Source of the DNA: Vulcanimicrobiales bacterium
Lineage (GTDB): Bacteria > Vulcanimicrobiota > Vulcanimicrobiia > Vulcanimicrobiales > Vulcanimicrobiaceae
DNA length: 64,000 bases
Assembly (NCBI GenBank): GCA_038231455.1
Contig: JBBRLI010000003.1
Coordinates: forward strand, 64,001 to 128,000
Direction: 5' to 3'
Under the pieces are notes generated by a model. The model searched no databases. It saw only the letters and a list, made by a program, of their open reading frames with translations, and had not been told where the DNA came from. Below are positions 36,690-46,561 of the stretch, piece by piece; position 1 is the stretch's first letter; each line of letters opens with the position of its first letter. A program made the position numbers and the translations under genes.

Positions 36690-37467
36690 TCGCCGGCTCG
36701 ATACGGCCGTCGTCGCGCTGACCGGTCTGACGCGCTCGCAAGCGCGCGGGCTGATCCTCGCCGGACGCGTTCGCGTCGACGGCAATCCGCACGTCAAACC
36801 TGGTTCGAACCTCCGCGTCGGCGCGCACGTCGACGTCGAGCGCCCGGCGCCGTACGTGAGTCGCGGCGGCGAAAAACTCGAAGGCGCGCTGCACGATTTC
36901 AACCTCGATGCGCGCGGCCTCGAAGCGCTCGATGTCGGTGCATCGACGGGCGGTTTTACCGATTGTCTCCTGCAGCAGGGCGCATCGAGCGTCGTTGCGC
37001 TCGATGTCGGCTACGGTCAACTGGCATGGAAGCTACGCAGCGACGACCGCGTAACGATCGTCGAACGCACGAATTTTCGCACGCTGCCGGACGATGCGTA
37101 TCCGGCAGGCTTCGATCTCATCGTGATCGATGCGTCGTTCATTTCGCTGCGCACGATCGTCGCGCGGGCTGTCGCGTATCTGCGTCCGGGCGGCCGAATC
37201 GTGGCGCTCGTCAAACCGCAGTTCGAAGCGGGTCGCGACCGAATCGGCGGCGGCGGGGTCGTTCGCGATCCCGAAATTCATTCAGCGATCATGCGCGAAG
37301 TCCGGGACGCGCTGATGCCGCTTGGCGTTCATGCGATCGCCGCGGCGCGCTCGGGGCTCGTCGGTCCGGCGGGCAACGTCGAGTTCTTTTATCTGATCGC
37401 GCGCGAAGGACCCAGCGTCGATGACGAGCGGATCGACGCGCTCGTTGCGGAAGCGCACGCTCAATGA
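36679..37467 (+). CDS. tlyA: TlyA family rRNA (cytidine-2'-O)-methyltransferase
   Basis: S4 domain, YVSRGGEKL, DVGASTGGFTDCLLQ, DASFISL, KPQFEAG, GNVEF. Confidence 0.96.
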   Translation: MGNDRRLDTAVVALTGLTRSQARGLILAGRVRVDGNPHVKPGSNLRVGAHVDVERPAPYVSRGGEKLEGALHDFNLDARGLEALDVGASTGGFTDCLLQQGASSVVALDVGYGQLAWKLRSDDRVTIVERTNFRTLPDDAYPAGFDLIVIDASFISLRTIVARAVAYLRPGGRIVALVKPQFEAGRDRIGGGGVVRDPEIHSAIMREVRDALMPLGVHAIAAARSGLVGPAGNVEFFYLIAREGPSVDDERIDALVAEAHAQ

Positions 37468-38330
37468 TACACGAGAAGACCCGGACGATCGCCTTCTACG
37501 TCAACATGCACCGGGACAACGCGCGCGAGATCGCCGCGCGCGCCGCCGAGATCGCACGCGAAATTGGTTTCGCCGTTGCCCTGCCGCAAGACCAAGACGC
37601 CGTGCTGCACCTCGCCTCGGCCGGCGCCCAAGTCCAAGGTTCCGAATTACTTGTGACGATCGGCGGCGACGGGACGCTGCTGCGCGGCGTACATCTCGCC
37701 GCGCCGTTCGGCGTTCCGGTGCTCGGGATCAATACCGGGCGACTCGGATTTCTCACGGAATTCGAAGGCGATCTTGCCCTCGTCGATCTGCGCGCCGCAC
37801 TCGAAGGCGGCTTCTTCACCGAGACACGCGCCGCGCTCACCGCCTGTATCAACGGCGGCGAAAAACACTTTGCGCTCAACGACGTTGTCGTACGCCGCTC
37901 GGCAAACGCGCGCATGGCGCCCTTCGGTCTTTCGCTCGACGGTGAGATCGTCGCGCACATTCCGGCCGACGGAATCATCGTCGCAACCGCCACGGGCTCG
38001 ACGGCATACTTTCTTTCCGCCGGTGGTCCGATTATTTCACCGGGCGTCGATGCCTTTGGGATCATTGCCCTCTTGCCGCATACGCTCTTCGCGCGACCGC
38101 TCATCGTGCCGACGACCTCCAAGATCGAGATCATTTGCGACCCCGAAAACGTCCGTGCGACACTCGAAGTCGACGGCATGGTCGTCGCAGAACTCCATCC
38201 CAACGACGTCGTGAGCGTGCAGCGGACCTCAAAACCCGTTCGATTTGCCCGCATCCGCCCACAAGCGTTTTTCTCGCGTCTGCAAGAGAAACTCCAGTGG
38301 GGCGTTCCCATCAAACGCCAAGGCGAGTGA
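37464..38330 (+). CDS. nadK: NAD(+) kinase
   Basis: GGDGTLL, GINTGRLGFL, ALND, DGIIVATATGSTAY. Confidence 0.96.
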   Translation: MIHEKTRTIAFYVNMHRDNAREIAARAAEIAREIGFAVALPQDQDAVLHLASAGAQVQGSELLVTIGGDGTLLRGVHLAAPFGVPVLGINTGRLGFLTEFEGDLALVDLRAALEGGFFTETRAALTACINGGEKHFALNDVVVRRSANARMAPFGLSLDGEIVAHIPADGIIVATATGSTAYFLSAGGPIISPGVDAFGIIALLPHTLFARPLIVPTTSKIEIICDPENVRATLEVDGMVVAELHPNDVVSVQRTSKPVRFARIRPQAFFSRLQEKLQWGVPIKRQGE

Positions 38331-38334
38331 GCGC

Positions 38335-40005
38335 GTGCGACTCGGACGTCTGGCAATCGAGGATTTCGGCCTGATCGCACACGCGGCGTTCGCGTTTGCC
38401 GATGGTCTCACGATCGTGAGCGGCGAGACGGGCTCGGGCAAGACGATGCTGCTCGGAGCGCTTGGATTTGCGCTCGGCGATCGGGTCGGCGCGGAGATGA
38501 TCCGTAGCGGCGCCGAACGCGCGCGGGTGACGCTCGAAGTCGAGCCGGACGCAGCGCTTCGCGCGCTACTCGCCGAGCAAGGCATCGTCCTTGCCGACGA
38601 TGACGACGCGATTCTAACGCGCGAAATCGCGGCTGGGGGACGCTCGCAGGCGCGCGTGAATGGCACGGCTGTAAGTGCGAGCCAACTGCGCGAAATCGGT
38701 CGAGCCGTCGTCGATATCGTCGGTCAGCACGAAGCGCAGCGGCTGCTCTCACCGGGCTACGCACTCGAACTCGTCGACCGGCTCGGCGAGACCACGGTGC
38801 TGCGCGAACGCGTCGCCGTCATCGTGCACGAGCGCAACGCCATCGTAGCGGAAATTGCTGCGAGCCGAGCTGATGAAGGGCGCGCGCTTGCCGCGGCCGA
38901 CTATGCCGCTTTTGCCGTGCGCGAAATCGACGAAGCCCGCCTCGCTCTTGGGGAAGATGAGAAGCTTCGCGAACGACGCGACTATCTTGCGAACATCGAG
39001 AAGATCGCCGCCGCCCTCGGCACGGCGCACGATGCGCTTGAAGATGAAAATGGTGCCGTTGACGCACTCGGAACGGCGAGCGCAGCGCTTGCAAGCGTAG
39101 CGCGCTACGATGCAGCGCTCGACGAATTAGCGGCGACGCTTGCCGCGCTTCAATCCGATCTCACGGAGAGCGCGGGGCGAATTGCGCGCGAGCGTGAGGC
39201 GGCAGACTTCGATCCGGCGGAGCTCGAGGGAATCGTCGCGCGGCTCGAATTGCTCGACCGACTCAAGAAAAAATTCGGCGGTAGTCTCGCAAGCGTGCTT
39301 GCTGCCCGCGAAGAATTCGCGCAGACGCACGATGGTTTCGTCAATCGCGATCGCCGCTTAGCCGAACTCGAAGCCGCTCGGCTCGCGCGTGAAACCGCGT
39401 TGATCGAGCGTGCCGGCGCCCTCACCAAGGCGCGCACGGCGGCGGCGAAATTGCTTGAAAAGCGCGTCAGCGAAGAACTCGCCGAACTCGCGATGCCCGC
39501 TGCGCGCTTGCAGATCGCCTTCGTCCCGGTCGATCCGATCGGCACCAGCGGCGCCGAACGTGCGGACCTTTTGCTCGCCGCCAACCCCGGCGAACCGTTT
39601 CGCCCGCTCGGCAAGAGCGCTTCAGGCGGCGAACTCTCCCGCGTGTTGCTCGCGCTGATCGTCGCGCTTGCGGACCGCCGTGAGCGCACGGCACTCGTCT
39701 TCGATGAGATCGACGCGGGGATCGGCGGCGCAACGGCAAGCGCCGTTGGAACGCGGCTCGGTCGCTTGTCGTCTGCAGGACAGGTCGTCTGCGTGACGCA
39801 TTTGGCTCAAATTGCGTCGTGGGCCGACGCGCATTACGCGCTGCGTAAGCGCGAGGACCGCGGTACGACGGTCGTCGAGCTCGAAACGCTTGCGACCGAA
39901 CGAACACGACTCGAGGAGATTGCACGAATGCTTTCCGGCGAAACGGGCGACGTCGCGCTCGAACATGCGGCGACGCTCGTTCGCGGGGTTGCCGCTAAGC
40001 GATGA
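38335..40005 (+). CDS. recN: DNA repair protein RecN
   Basis: GETGSGKT, IVGQHE, ASGGELSRV, FDEIDAGIGG, VTHLAQIA. Confidence 0.96.
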   Translation: MRLGRLAIEDFGLIAHAAFAFADGLTIVSGETGSGKTMLLGALGFALGDRVGAEMIRSGAERARVTLEVEPDAALRALLAEQGIVLADDDDAILTREIAAGGRSQARVNGTAVSASQLREIGRAVVDIVGQHEAQRLLSPGYALELVDRLGETTVLRERVAVIVHERNAIVAEIAASRADEGRALAAADYAAFAVREIDEARLALGEDEKLRERRDYLANIEKIAAALGTAHDALEDENGAVDALGTASAALASVARYDAALDELAATLAALQSDLTESAGRIAREREAADFDPAELEGIVARLELLDRLKKKFGGSLASVLAAREEFAQTHDGFVNRDRRLAELEAARLARETALIERAGALTKARTAAAKLLEKRVSEELAELAMPAARLQIAFVPVDPIGTSGAERADLLLAANPGEPFRPLGKSASGGELSRVLLALIVALADRRERTALVFDEIDAGIGGATASAVGTRLGRLSSAGQVVCVTHLAQIASWADAHYALRKREDRGTTVVELETLATERTRLEEIARMLSGETGDVALEHAATLVRGVAAKR

Positions 40006-41096
40006 AAGAAAAAGTTCTGGTTCTGCTCTCGTCCGGCGGTGAGGCGATGCGGCGGAGCGTGCGCGCCTATATCGGCGCCGCACGCGAACGATACGAACTA
40101 CGCATGCTCGCGCCGGACAGCGAAGCGAAGGCCTTTCGCGATCTCGGCATCCCGATTGAATCGTGGAAACCGGCGGGTCTTTTCAACGTGCTCCGATCGA
40201 TCGGCGCGCTGCGTCGTGCGGTCGAACGCGACGATCCGGCGATCGTGCAGTGCTTTGGCTGGACGGCCACGGCCGTTGCGATGGGTGCGATGCCCACGCG
40301 CTACGCGGCGCGCACGGTCGTCTCGCTGCAAGATCCGATTCGCGATAACGAAATGCCGAAGGCCTTCGTCGACAAGCGTCTGCCGGAGTTGATGACGCGT
40401 CCGGGCGCGATCGTCGTTGCGTACGCGGGGATCAAACGCGCGCTCGTCAACGGTTTCGGCGTCGACGAATCGCGCGTGAGCCTGCTGGGCTATCCGGTCG
40501 TCTCGAACACGCCGCGCGATCTTGCTCGGCCGCCGGGCCGGCGCGGTCCGATCGTCGGCTGGTCGGGTCCTCTGGTCGCCGACCGTTCGTGGGAAGTCGC
40601 AATCGATGCGGTGGCACTGCTCGTGCCCGAGATGTCCGAAGTCGACCTGTGGATCGCAGGGGACGGCCCGGTGAAGACGCTGGTGAAGGCGCACGCGCGC
40701 GAACGCGGCGCGCAAAACGCGGTCACGTTTTTCGGCCCGATGCCGACGCCCGAACTCATCTCGGGGATCGATTTGTTGCTCGTGCCGCAGTCGCGCGACG
40801 GCTTACCGTATCAGCTGATCGAGGGTCTCGTCGGCGGCGTTCCGATCGTTGCATCGAACACCGGCGGCATCGCCGACACGCTCATCGACCGTCCGACCGC
40901 GTGGCTCGTGCCAAACGACGCCGAGGGTTTCGCCGCGGGCATACGCGATGCGTGGGCACGAATCGATGATGCCTGGCTCGACGCGCAAGCGCAGCGCGGC
41001 AGCGCGATCGCCGAATACGATCCCGAACGCATCCACGGCGAACTTTTCGCCGTCTACGATCGCCTGATCGCAAGCAACGCCGTCGCCGCGGAATAG
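40002..41096 (+). CDS. Divergent GT4 family glycosyltransferase
   Basis: IAGDGP, PQSRDGLPYQLIEGLVGGVPIVASNTGG; ATGA overlap with recN. Confidence 0.8.
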   Translation: MKEKVLVLLSSGGEAMRRSVRAYIGAARERYELRMLAPDSEAKAFRDLGIPIESWKPAGLFNVLRSIGALRRAVERDDPAIVQCFGWTATAVAMGAMPTRYAARTVVSLQDPIRDNEMPKAFVDKRLPELMTRPGAIVVAYAGIKRALVNGFGVDESRVSLLGYPVVSNTPRDLARPPGRRGPIVGWSGPLVADRSWEVAIDAVALLVPEMSEVDLWIAGDGPVKTLVKAHARERGAQNAVTFFGPMPTPELISGIDLLLVPQSRDGLPYQLIEGLVGGVPIVASNTGGIADTLIDRPTAWLVPNDAEGFAAGIRDAWARIDDAWLDAQAQRGSAIAEYDPERIHGELFAVYDRLIASNAVAAE

Positions 41097-41099
41097 CGA

Positions 41100-42551
41100 T
41101 TAGGGCAAGAGGTGGACTTTCATCACGTTGGTGCCGCCGGCACCGACGGGCATGCCGCTCGTGATCACGATTGTCTCGCCGGCTTTGGCGAGGCCTTCTG
41201 CAACGACGCGCTGTTCGGCAATTTCGATTAGCGTCTCGATATAGCGGTAACTCTGCACGACCAGCGACTCGACGCCCCAGACGACGGCGAGGCGGCGTGC
41301 GACTTCGATCAGCGGCGTCATCGCGACAATTTGCGCGCGCGGGCGGAACGATGAGATATGCCGCGCCGTGTTGCCGGTCGTCGTTCCGGTCAAGATCATA
41401 TCGAGTTTGAGCGCTTCGGTCGTGCGGGCGGCGGCTTCGGCGATCGAGGTTCCAACGGCGTCTTCGCCCCCTTGGAAAACGTCGGTAATTTCGATGCGTC
41501 GCTCTTGTAAATCGTCGTGCGGGTAGCGTTTCTCGATCGTTCGTGCGATCGTGGCCATCGTTTTGACGGCTTCGAGCGGATACGCACCACGTGCGGTTTC
41601 GCCCGAGAGCATGACGGCGTCGGTGCCGTCGAGGATGGCATTTGCAACGTCGTTCGCCTCGGCCCGCGTCGGACGCGCAGCGGAGATCATCGATTCGAGC
41701 ATCTGCGTTGCGGTGATGACGGGCTTGCTCGCGCGATTGGTTCGCGCGATTAAATCTTTTTGAACCATCGGCACTTCTTCGAGTGGAATCTCGATCCCAA
41801 GATCCCCGCGCGCGACCATGATGCCATCGGAGATCGCGATGATCTCATCGATGCAGTCGAGTGCCTCGTGTTTTTCGATTTTCGAGAACACCGGGATCGT
41901 CTTACCGGCCGCTGCGATCGCGTCTTTCACGCGTGCGACATCGGATGGACCGCGCACGAACGAAACCGCGACCCAGTCGACGTTTTGTTCGATGCCAAAG
42001 GCCAAGTGCACGAGATCGCGATCGGTGACCGCTTCGATGTTGAGCGTGCCGTCGGGATAGTTGATGCCCTGCGTCGGGCGCAGTTCGCCGCCGACTTCCA
42101 CAACGGTGTGGATGACGTCGCCTTTGACCTCGCTGATGCGCAGCGCGATTGCGCCGTCAGCAAGATAGATCCGTTTACCCGCTTCGACATCGCGTGCTAG
42201 GTCGACGTACGAGACGGACACACCGTGGACGTCGCCGATCGTTTCCGCGGTCGTGAGCGTGAACGGTTCGCCCGGGACGAGCGTGACCGAGGTGACGCCC
42301 TCGGCGAGTTTGCCGGTACGGACCTTGGGTCCGGGCAAATCTTGCAAGACCGCGATGTGTAAACTGAGTTCGGCTGCAATCGAGCGGACGTCCGCAATCA
42401 CCGCCCGGTGTTCGTCGTGCGTACCGTGCGAGAAATTGAGTCGGACGACGTTCACGCCGGCGCGGAAGAGTTCGCGCAGCATAGCCGGTTCGCGTGAGGC
42501 CGGCCCGATCGTGGCGACAATTTTCGTTCGTTTGAGTGTGGGTGCGATCAT
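41100..42551 (-). CDS. pyk: Pyruvate kinase
   Basis: TKIVATIGPAS, RLNFSHG, DLPGPK, MVARGDLG, ATQMLESM, MLSGETA. Confidence 0.98.
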   Translation of the reverse strand: MIAPTLKRTKIVATIGPASREPAMLRELFRAGVNVVRLNFSHGTHDEHRAVIADVRSIAAELSLHIAVLQDLPGPKVRTGKLAEGVTSVTLVPGEPFTLTTAETIGDVHGVSVSYVDLARDVEAGKRIYLADGAIALRISEVKGDVIHTVVEVGGELRPTQGINYPDGTLNIEAVTDRDLVHLAFGIEQNVDWVAVSFVRGPSDVARVKDAIAAAGKTIPVFSKIEKHEALDCIDEIIAISDGIMVARGDLGIEIPLEEVPMVQKDLIARTNRASKPVITATQMLESMISAARPTRAEANDVANAILDGTDAVMLSGETARGAYPLEAVKTMATIARTIEKRYPHDDLQERRIEITDVFQGGEDAVGTSIAEAAARTTEALKLDMILTGTTTGNTARHISSFRPRAQIVAMTPLIEVARRLAVVWGVESLVVQSYRYIETLIEIAEQRVVAEGLAKAGETIVITSGMPVGAGGTNVMKVHLLP

Positions 42552-42608
42552 CGGATGATCGCGTTGCCGCCCGCGCCGGGCGGGACCTGCGAAGGGAAAT
42601 TGTTTCCC

Positions 42609-43262
42609 TTAAGCCATGCCGGTCTTGATTGCGTAGACCGCCGCTTGCGTGCGAGCTTGGACGTTGAGCTTCGAGAAGATCCGGCTGATGTGGTTCTTGA
42701 TGGTTTTCTCGGAAAGCTTGAGCTTGCCACCGATTTCTTTATTCGAAAGTCCGTGGGCGATGAGGCGCAGGATATCGGCCTCGCGTCCGGTCAGCTCGCC
42801 GACCCCGGCCGTCGAACCGCCGCCGGCGACGACGTACCGGCGTTTGAGCATGCGCCCGGCGACCCGGGGATCGACGTAAGACGAACCGCCAGCCAGCACG
42901 CGGAACGCGAGGTCGAGCTCGTTTGGCGACATATCCTTGACGAGAAAACCGTCGGCGCCTGAGGCGATGCTACGCTGCATGACATCGGCGTTGGCGAAGC
43001 TCGAAAGAACCGCAACGCGGATATCCGGATCGACCCCATGAGCGATCGCAATCGCCTCAGCGACGTCGTGGAGCGCGTTATCGAGCCCGAAGACGATCAA
43101 TTCGGGACGTGTGCGGCGCAGATCGTCCGCCTTGATCTCGGATGCATCGCCGACGACGCGCACGAGCGGATTGCCTGCGAAATACACGTGCAATGCCCGC
43201 GCAATGAGCGCTTGACGCTCCACCACGAAGACACGAATCGGTACCAGGTCATGCGCGATCAA
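42609..43262 (-). CDS. NarL/LuxR regulator with atypical (pseudo) receiver domain
   Basis: HTH LTGREADIL…GLSNKEIG…SEKTIKNHISRIFSKL; receiver VVERQ and LIVFGL; GGAGG RBS before TTG. Confidence 0.92.
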   Translation of the reverse strand: MIAHDLVPIRVFVVERQALIARALHVYFAGNPLVRVVGDASEIKADDLRRTRPELIVFGLDNALHDVAEAIAIAHGVDPDIRVAVLSSFANADVMQRSIASGADGFLVKDMSPNELDLAFRVLAGGSSYVDPRVAGRMLKRRYVVAGGGSTAGVGELTGREADILRLIAHGLSNKEIGGKLKLSEKTIKNHISRIFSKLNVQARTQAAVYAIKTGMA

Positions 43263-43376
43263 GAAGTCCCTCCGGTGATTTGTCGATAGGCCGTCAGTCC
43301 CAAGTTACCCGGGCCTACTACGTTATGGCTAATTAAGATTCGATTTAAACGTGCGGGAACCGGATTTTGACAATTG

Positions 43377-43408
43377 AAAAACCCGGCAGTTCTGCGCTGC
43401 CGGGTTTT
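43377..43408 (-). terminator. Intrinsic terminator of polysaccharide operon
   Basis: AAAAACCCGGCAG-TTCTGCG-CTGCCGGGTTTT just downstream of the wzc stop. Confidence 0.85.
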
Positions 43409-43430
43409 GGCCAAGTGCTCGGTTCCTCGA

Positions 43431-45626
43431 CTAGGCGGGGAGCGAGACGGTGTGGCCGGCGCCTAGGTAATACTCCGAGTACGCGCGGCGTTCGGGTTTG
43501 GTGCGGTTGAGCACGACGCCGATGAGGTTAAGACTTCCAACTGAGCCGAGTTTTTCGAGGGCGATATTCGCCGCGCGCCCGTCGGTTTGCGCAGCCGAGA
43601 TTACTAGCACCGTTCCGTCGGCTTTCATTCCGAGTACGGCTCCGTCGATGATCGGCTCGAGTGCGGGCGCATCGATGATGACGAAGTCGAATTGATCGCG
43701 TGCTGTTTTGAGGAGTCGGTCGAACGCCTCGCCTTGGATAAGCGCGAGAGGATTTGGTGCGCGCGTACCGCTCGTGAGCGTCCACACGCCGTCGTGTCCG
43801 CTCGGACGCACGGCGTCCTCAAAGGTCGCTAGCCCGACGAGGACATCGGAGAGACCCGCGTTGTTCGCAAGATCGAGTTTGGTGTGGATCGTCGGACGAC
43901 GAAGGTCGGCATCGATGATGAGTACGCGCGCGTTGAGCTGCGCCATACTTACGGCGATGTTAACGGCGATCGTTGATTTCCCATCGCCCTTGTGCGGCGA
44001 GGTAATCGCGATCGAGCGAGGCGCGGTGGCTGAGGAATAGCGTAGTGCGGTAACGAGTTCCAGGTACGATTCCACCGCCATCGCATCGAGCCATGAATCG
44101 GTGCTACCATCCGGCTTGCCATCTGCCGATTTTTTGCCTGCGCCAAGACCCAGGGCCGGAATCGACGCGAGCACCGGAACGCCGAGGCGTTCTTTTACGT
44201 CTTCTTCGGTGCGGAAGCGATCGTCGAGGAATTCCAGACCGAAAACGGCGCCGAGACCCAGGATCAAACCGACGAGCAAAGCCGCGCCGATGTTGAGTGG
44301 GACATTCGGCGTAACGCGCGCAAAATTCGGATCCGCTTGCTGCGTGATCGTCACATCGCTGAGGGCTGTCGTGCTCGAGAGCGATGCATCGGCGTATTTC
44401 TTTTCGAGTGTATTGTACACGTCTTCGGCGGCTTTGGCATCGCGCTGAAGCGATGCGATGCGCTGTTGGCGCTCGGGGAGCGCGGTAACGTTCGATTGCA
44501 TTGCGCCGCGTTGCCCGCGGGCGGTTGCGGCCTGCGATTGCGCTGACTGCACTTGCGCGCGAAGCGTCGCGGCTTGCTGCGAGAGCTGCTGCCACAGGGG
44601 ATTGGGAATGCTTTGCGTTCCTGAGACGACCGTCGCGCTCTGTTTTGCCGCCTGTGCTTGCAGCGCGGCGAGCTGGCGCTCACCGGCGATCACCGTCGGA
44701 TGCGATTCCGTATATTGTTTGCGAGCGGCATCGAGGTTAGCTTGCGCCTGTGCGATTTGCTGCGCGAGCGCTTGTGCAACGGGATTTGCAGCGACGCTGC
44801 TCTGCCCGACGATCGTCCGGGGCGTCGCAGCGAGTTGGCTCTGCACGCTTGCGAGCTGCGCGGTTGCCATACGGCCGTCCATATCAGCCTGCGATGCTTT
44901 GGCATCGAGCGTTGCGGCTTGACCCAACTGTGCGCTGATCTGCGTTGGCAAATCGGCGATCCCGTAGCGCTGTTCGTACGAACGGAGTGCGTTTTGGGCT
45001 CCGCGCATTTTCTGTTCGGCGATCGGGATCTGCGTTTGCAAAAAACTAATGGCGGAATCTGCCTGGTGGGCGACGAGCCCCCGTTCGCGGTCGACGAAGA
45101 CGCTCGCAAACGTGTTCGCGATTTTGGCCGACTCTTCGGCTGAATTCCACGACACATCGACGCCAATAATTGCGGTATTGGTGATCGGTTTGATCGCAAC
45201 GTGGTGGAGCAAATCATCGGGGGAAACCTTGAGATTAAGGCGATTGACCACTTCGCGTGCGATCGGCGATTCGTGCAATAGCTCGGCATAGGTCTCAGAA
45301 GACTGGACGCCGCTAGCGCTGAGTAAAGCGTTGAGAACCGGTAAGCTCGTATCGGTATTTTGTGCGCTCGCTGTCGCGCTATTATTACCCGCAATCATCT
45401 TCACGCCGGTCGTGTACGATTTGTGCTTGAGCAGCGTGAGCACAGCAACGAGTGCGACGACGCCGACGACGATCGAGAAGAAGAGCACGCGCCGACGTAC
45501 GAGCACGTTCCAAAGGCGCGGGACATCGATGTCGCGCGGAGCCGCGCCAAAGGCGTTGGCGTTAGCGAACGCTGCAGGCTGCGGTACATCCGCGGGCGTC
45601 GCGAGCGCGTAGTTGTTGCGTTTCAT
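43431..45626 (-). CDS. wzc: Polysaccharide co-polymerase/BY-kinase (Wzc/GumC family)
   Basis: Two TMs with coiled-coil periplasmic region; ITSPHKGDGKST, IIDADLRRP, IIDAP; C-terminal YSEYY. Confidence 0.93.
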   Translation of the reverse strand: MKRNNYALATPADVPQPAAFANANAFGAAPRDIDVPRLWNVLVRRRVLFFSIVVGVVALVAVLTLLKHKSYTTGVKMIAGNNSATASAQNTDTSLPVLNALLSASGVQSSETYAELLHESPIAREVVNRLNLKVSPDDLLHHVAIKPITNTAIIGVDVSWNSAEESAKIANTFASVFVDRERGLVAHQADSAISFLQTQIPIAEQKMRGAQNALRSYEQRYGIADLPTQISAQLGQAATLDAKASQADMDGRMATAQLASVQSQLAATPRTIVGQSSVAANPVAQALAQQIAQAQANLDAARKQYTESHPTVIAGERQLAALQAQAAKQSATVVSGTQSIPNPLWQQLSQQAATLRAQVQSAQSQAATARGQRGAMQSNVTALPERQQRIASLQRDAKAAEDVYNTLEKKYADASLSSTTALSDVTITQQADPNFARVTPNVPLNIGAALLVGLILGLGAVFGLEFLDDRFRTEEDVKERLGVPVLASIPALGLGAGKKSADGKPDGSTDSWLDAMAVESYLELVTALRYSSATAPRSIAITSPHKGDGKSTIAVNIAVSMAQLNARVLIIDADLRRPTIHTKLDLANNAGLSDVLVGLATFEDAVRPSGHDGVWTLTSGTRAPNPLALIQGEAFDRLLKTARDQFDFVIIDAPALEPIIDGAVLGMKADGTVLVISAAQTDGRAANIALEKLGSVGSLNLIGVVLNRTKPERRAYSEYYLGAGHTVSLPA

Positions 45627-45644
45627 GTACAGCGAGTCTCCGGT

Positions 45645-46529
45645 TTACGGCAAGCCGACGAGATGTCGTAGTGAGAAGAGGACTCCCAGCGGACCCGAGA
45701 CGCCATCGCGGCGCCCGCCGGCGGCGGGGACATAGACCAAATCGTTTTTCTGCATCACGATGTCGCGTGCGACATCGCCGTTTTTGAGCACGTCGTAGAG
45801 ATTGACGCTCATCGTTTCCGGCGTGCCGTCCGCGCGCAGGCGTCGGATGGTGATGTGGTTAAGGTCGGCGTTCGAATTCACGCCGTTGCCCGCACGCGCA
45901 AGCGCCATCGAAAGTCGGTCACCTTCGCGCACGGTGACGTCGCCGGGGTGATCCACCGCGCCGAGGACTTGGACGTTCAGGGTGAGCGGGCTTGGCACGT
46001 AGACCGTCGTCTTATCGCTTAGCTCGAGATTTTGCGTGACATCGCCGGTGTGCAAGAGCCCCTGCAACGAGGCTTCTTTTACCACGCCGCCGTCAGTCGA
46101 GAGGCGCGCGGTCGGCAGGTCGCCGTCGGTGATGCCAAGCCCTCCGGCGCTTGCGAGGGCATCCGTGAGATGGCTGCGCGAACGTAATTCGTATTTGCCG
46201 GGCGTCTTGACGTTGCCGAGCACCAAGACCTCGATCGGGCCTTCAAGCGCTACCGCCACGGTGACGTTTGGCTTGCGAATAAATTTGCTCAATTTGCCCG
46301 CGATCCGCTCGGAGGCTTGCGTCGGTGTAAGCCCGTCGAGCGAGACTTCTCCGATAAGCGGATACGCGATCGAGCCGCCCGGGAGGACTTTGACCGTTTG
46401 CGTTAGCGACGTATCGCCATACACAACCACGCTGAGCTGGTCGCCCGGATGGATGCGATAGGCGTCATCGGCCAGGGCGGGGAGACATGTCAGCGCGAGG
46501 ACGGCGGTAAGCGAAAGAAGTCGTTTCAC
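45645..46529 (-). CDS. wza: Polysaccharide export protein (Wza/Poly_export plus SLBB)
   Basis: Signal peptide; YRIHPGDQLSV, GSIAYPLIGEV, VLGNVKTPG, VLGAVDHPG. Confidence 0.9.
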   Translation of the reverse strand: MKRLLSLTAVLALTCLPALADDAYRIHPGDQLSVVVYGDTSLTQTVKVLPGGSIAYPLIGEVSLDGLTPTQASERIAGKLSKFIRKPNVTVAVALEGPIEVLVLGNVKTPGKYELRSRSHLTDALASAGGLGITDGDLPTARLSTDGGVVKEASLQGLLHTGDVTQNLELSDKTTVYVPSPLTLNVQVLGAVDHPGDVTVREGDRLSMALARAGNGVNSNADLNHITIRRLRADGTPETMSVNLYDVLKNGDVARDIVMQKNDLVYVPAAGGRRDGVSGPLGVLFSLRHLVGLP

Positions 46530-46561
46530 GTTAGCAAGCGTACCGCGCCTTGGCTGCCAAC

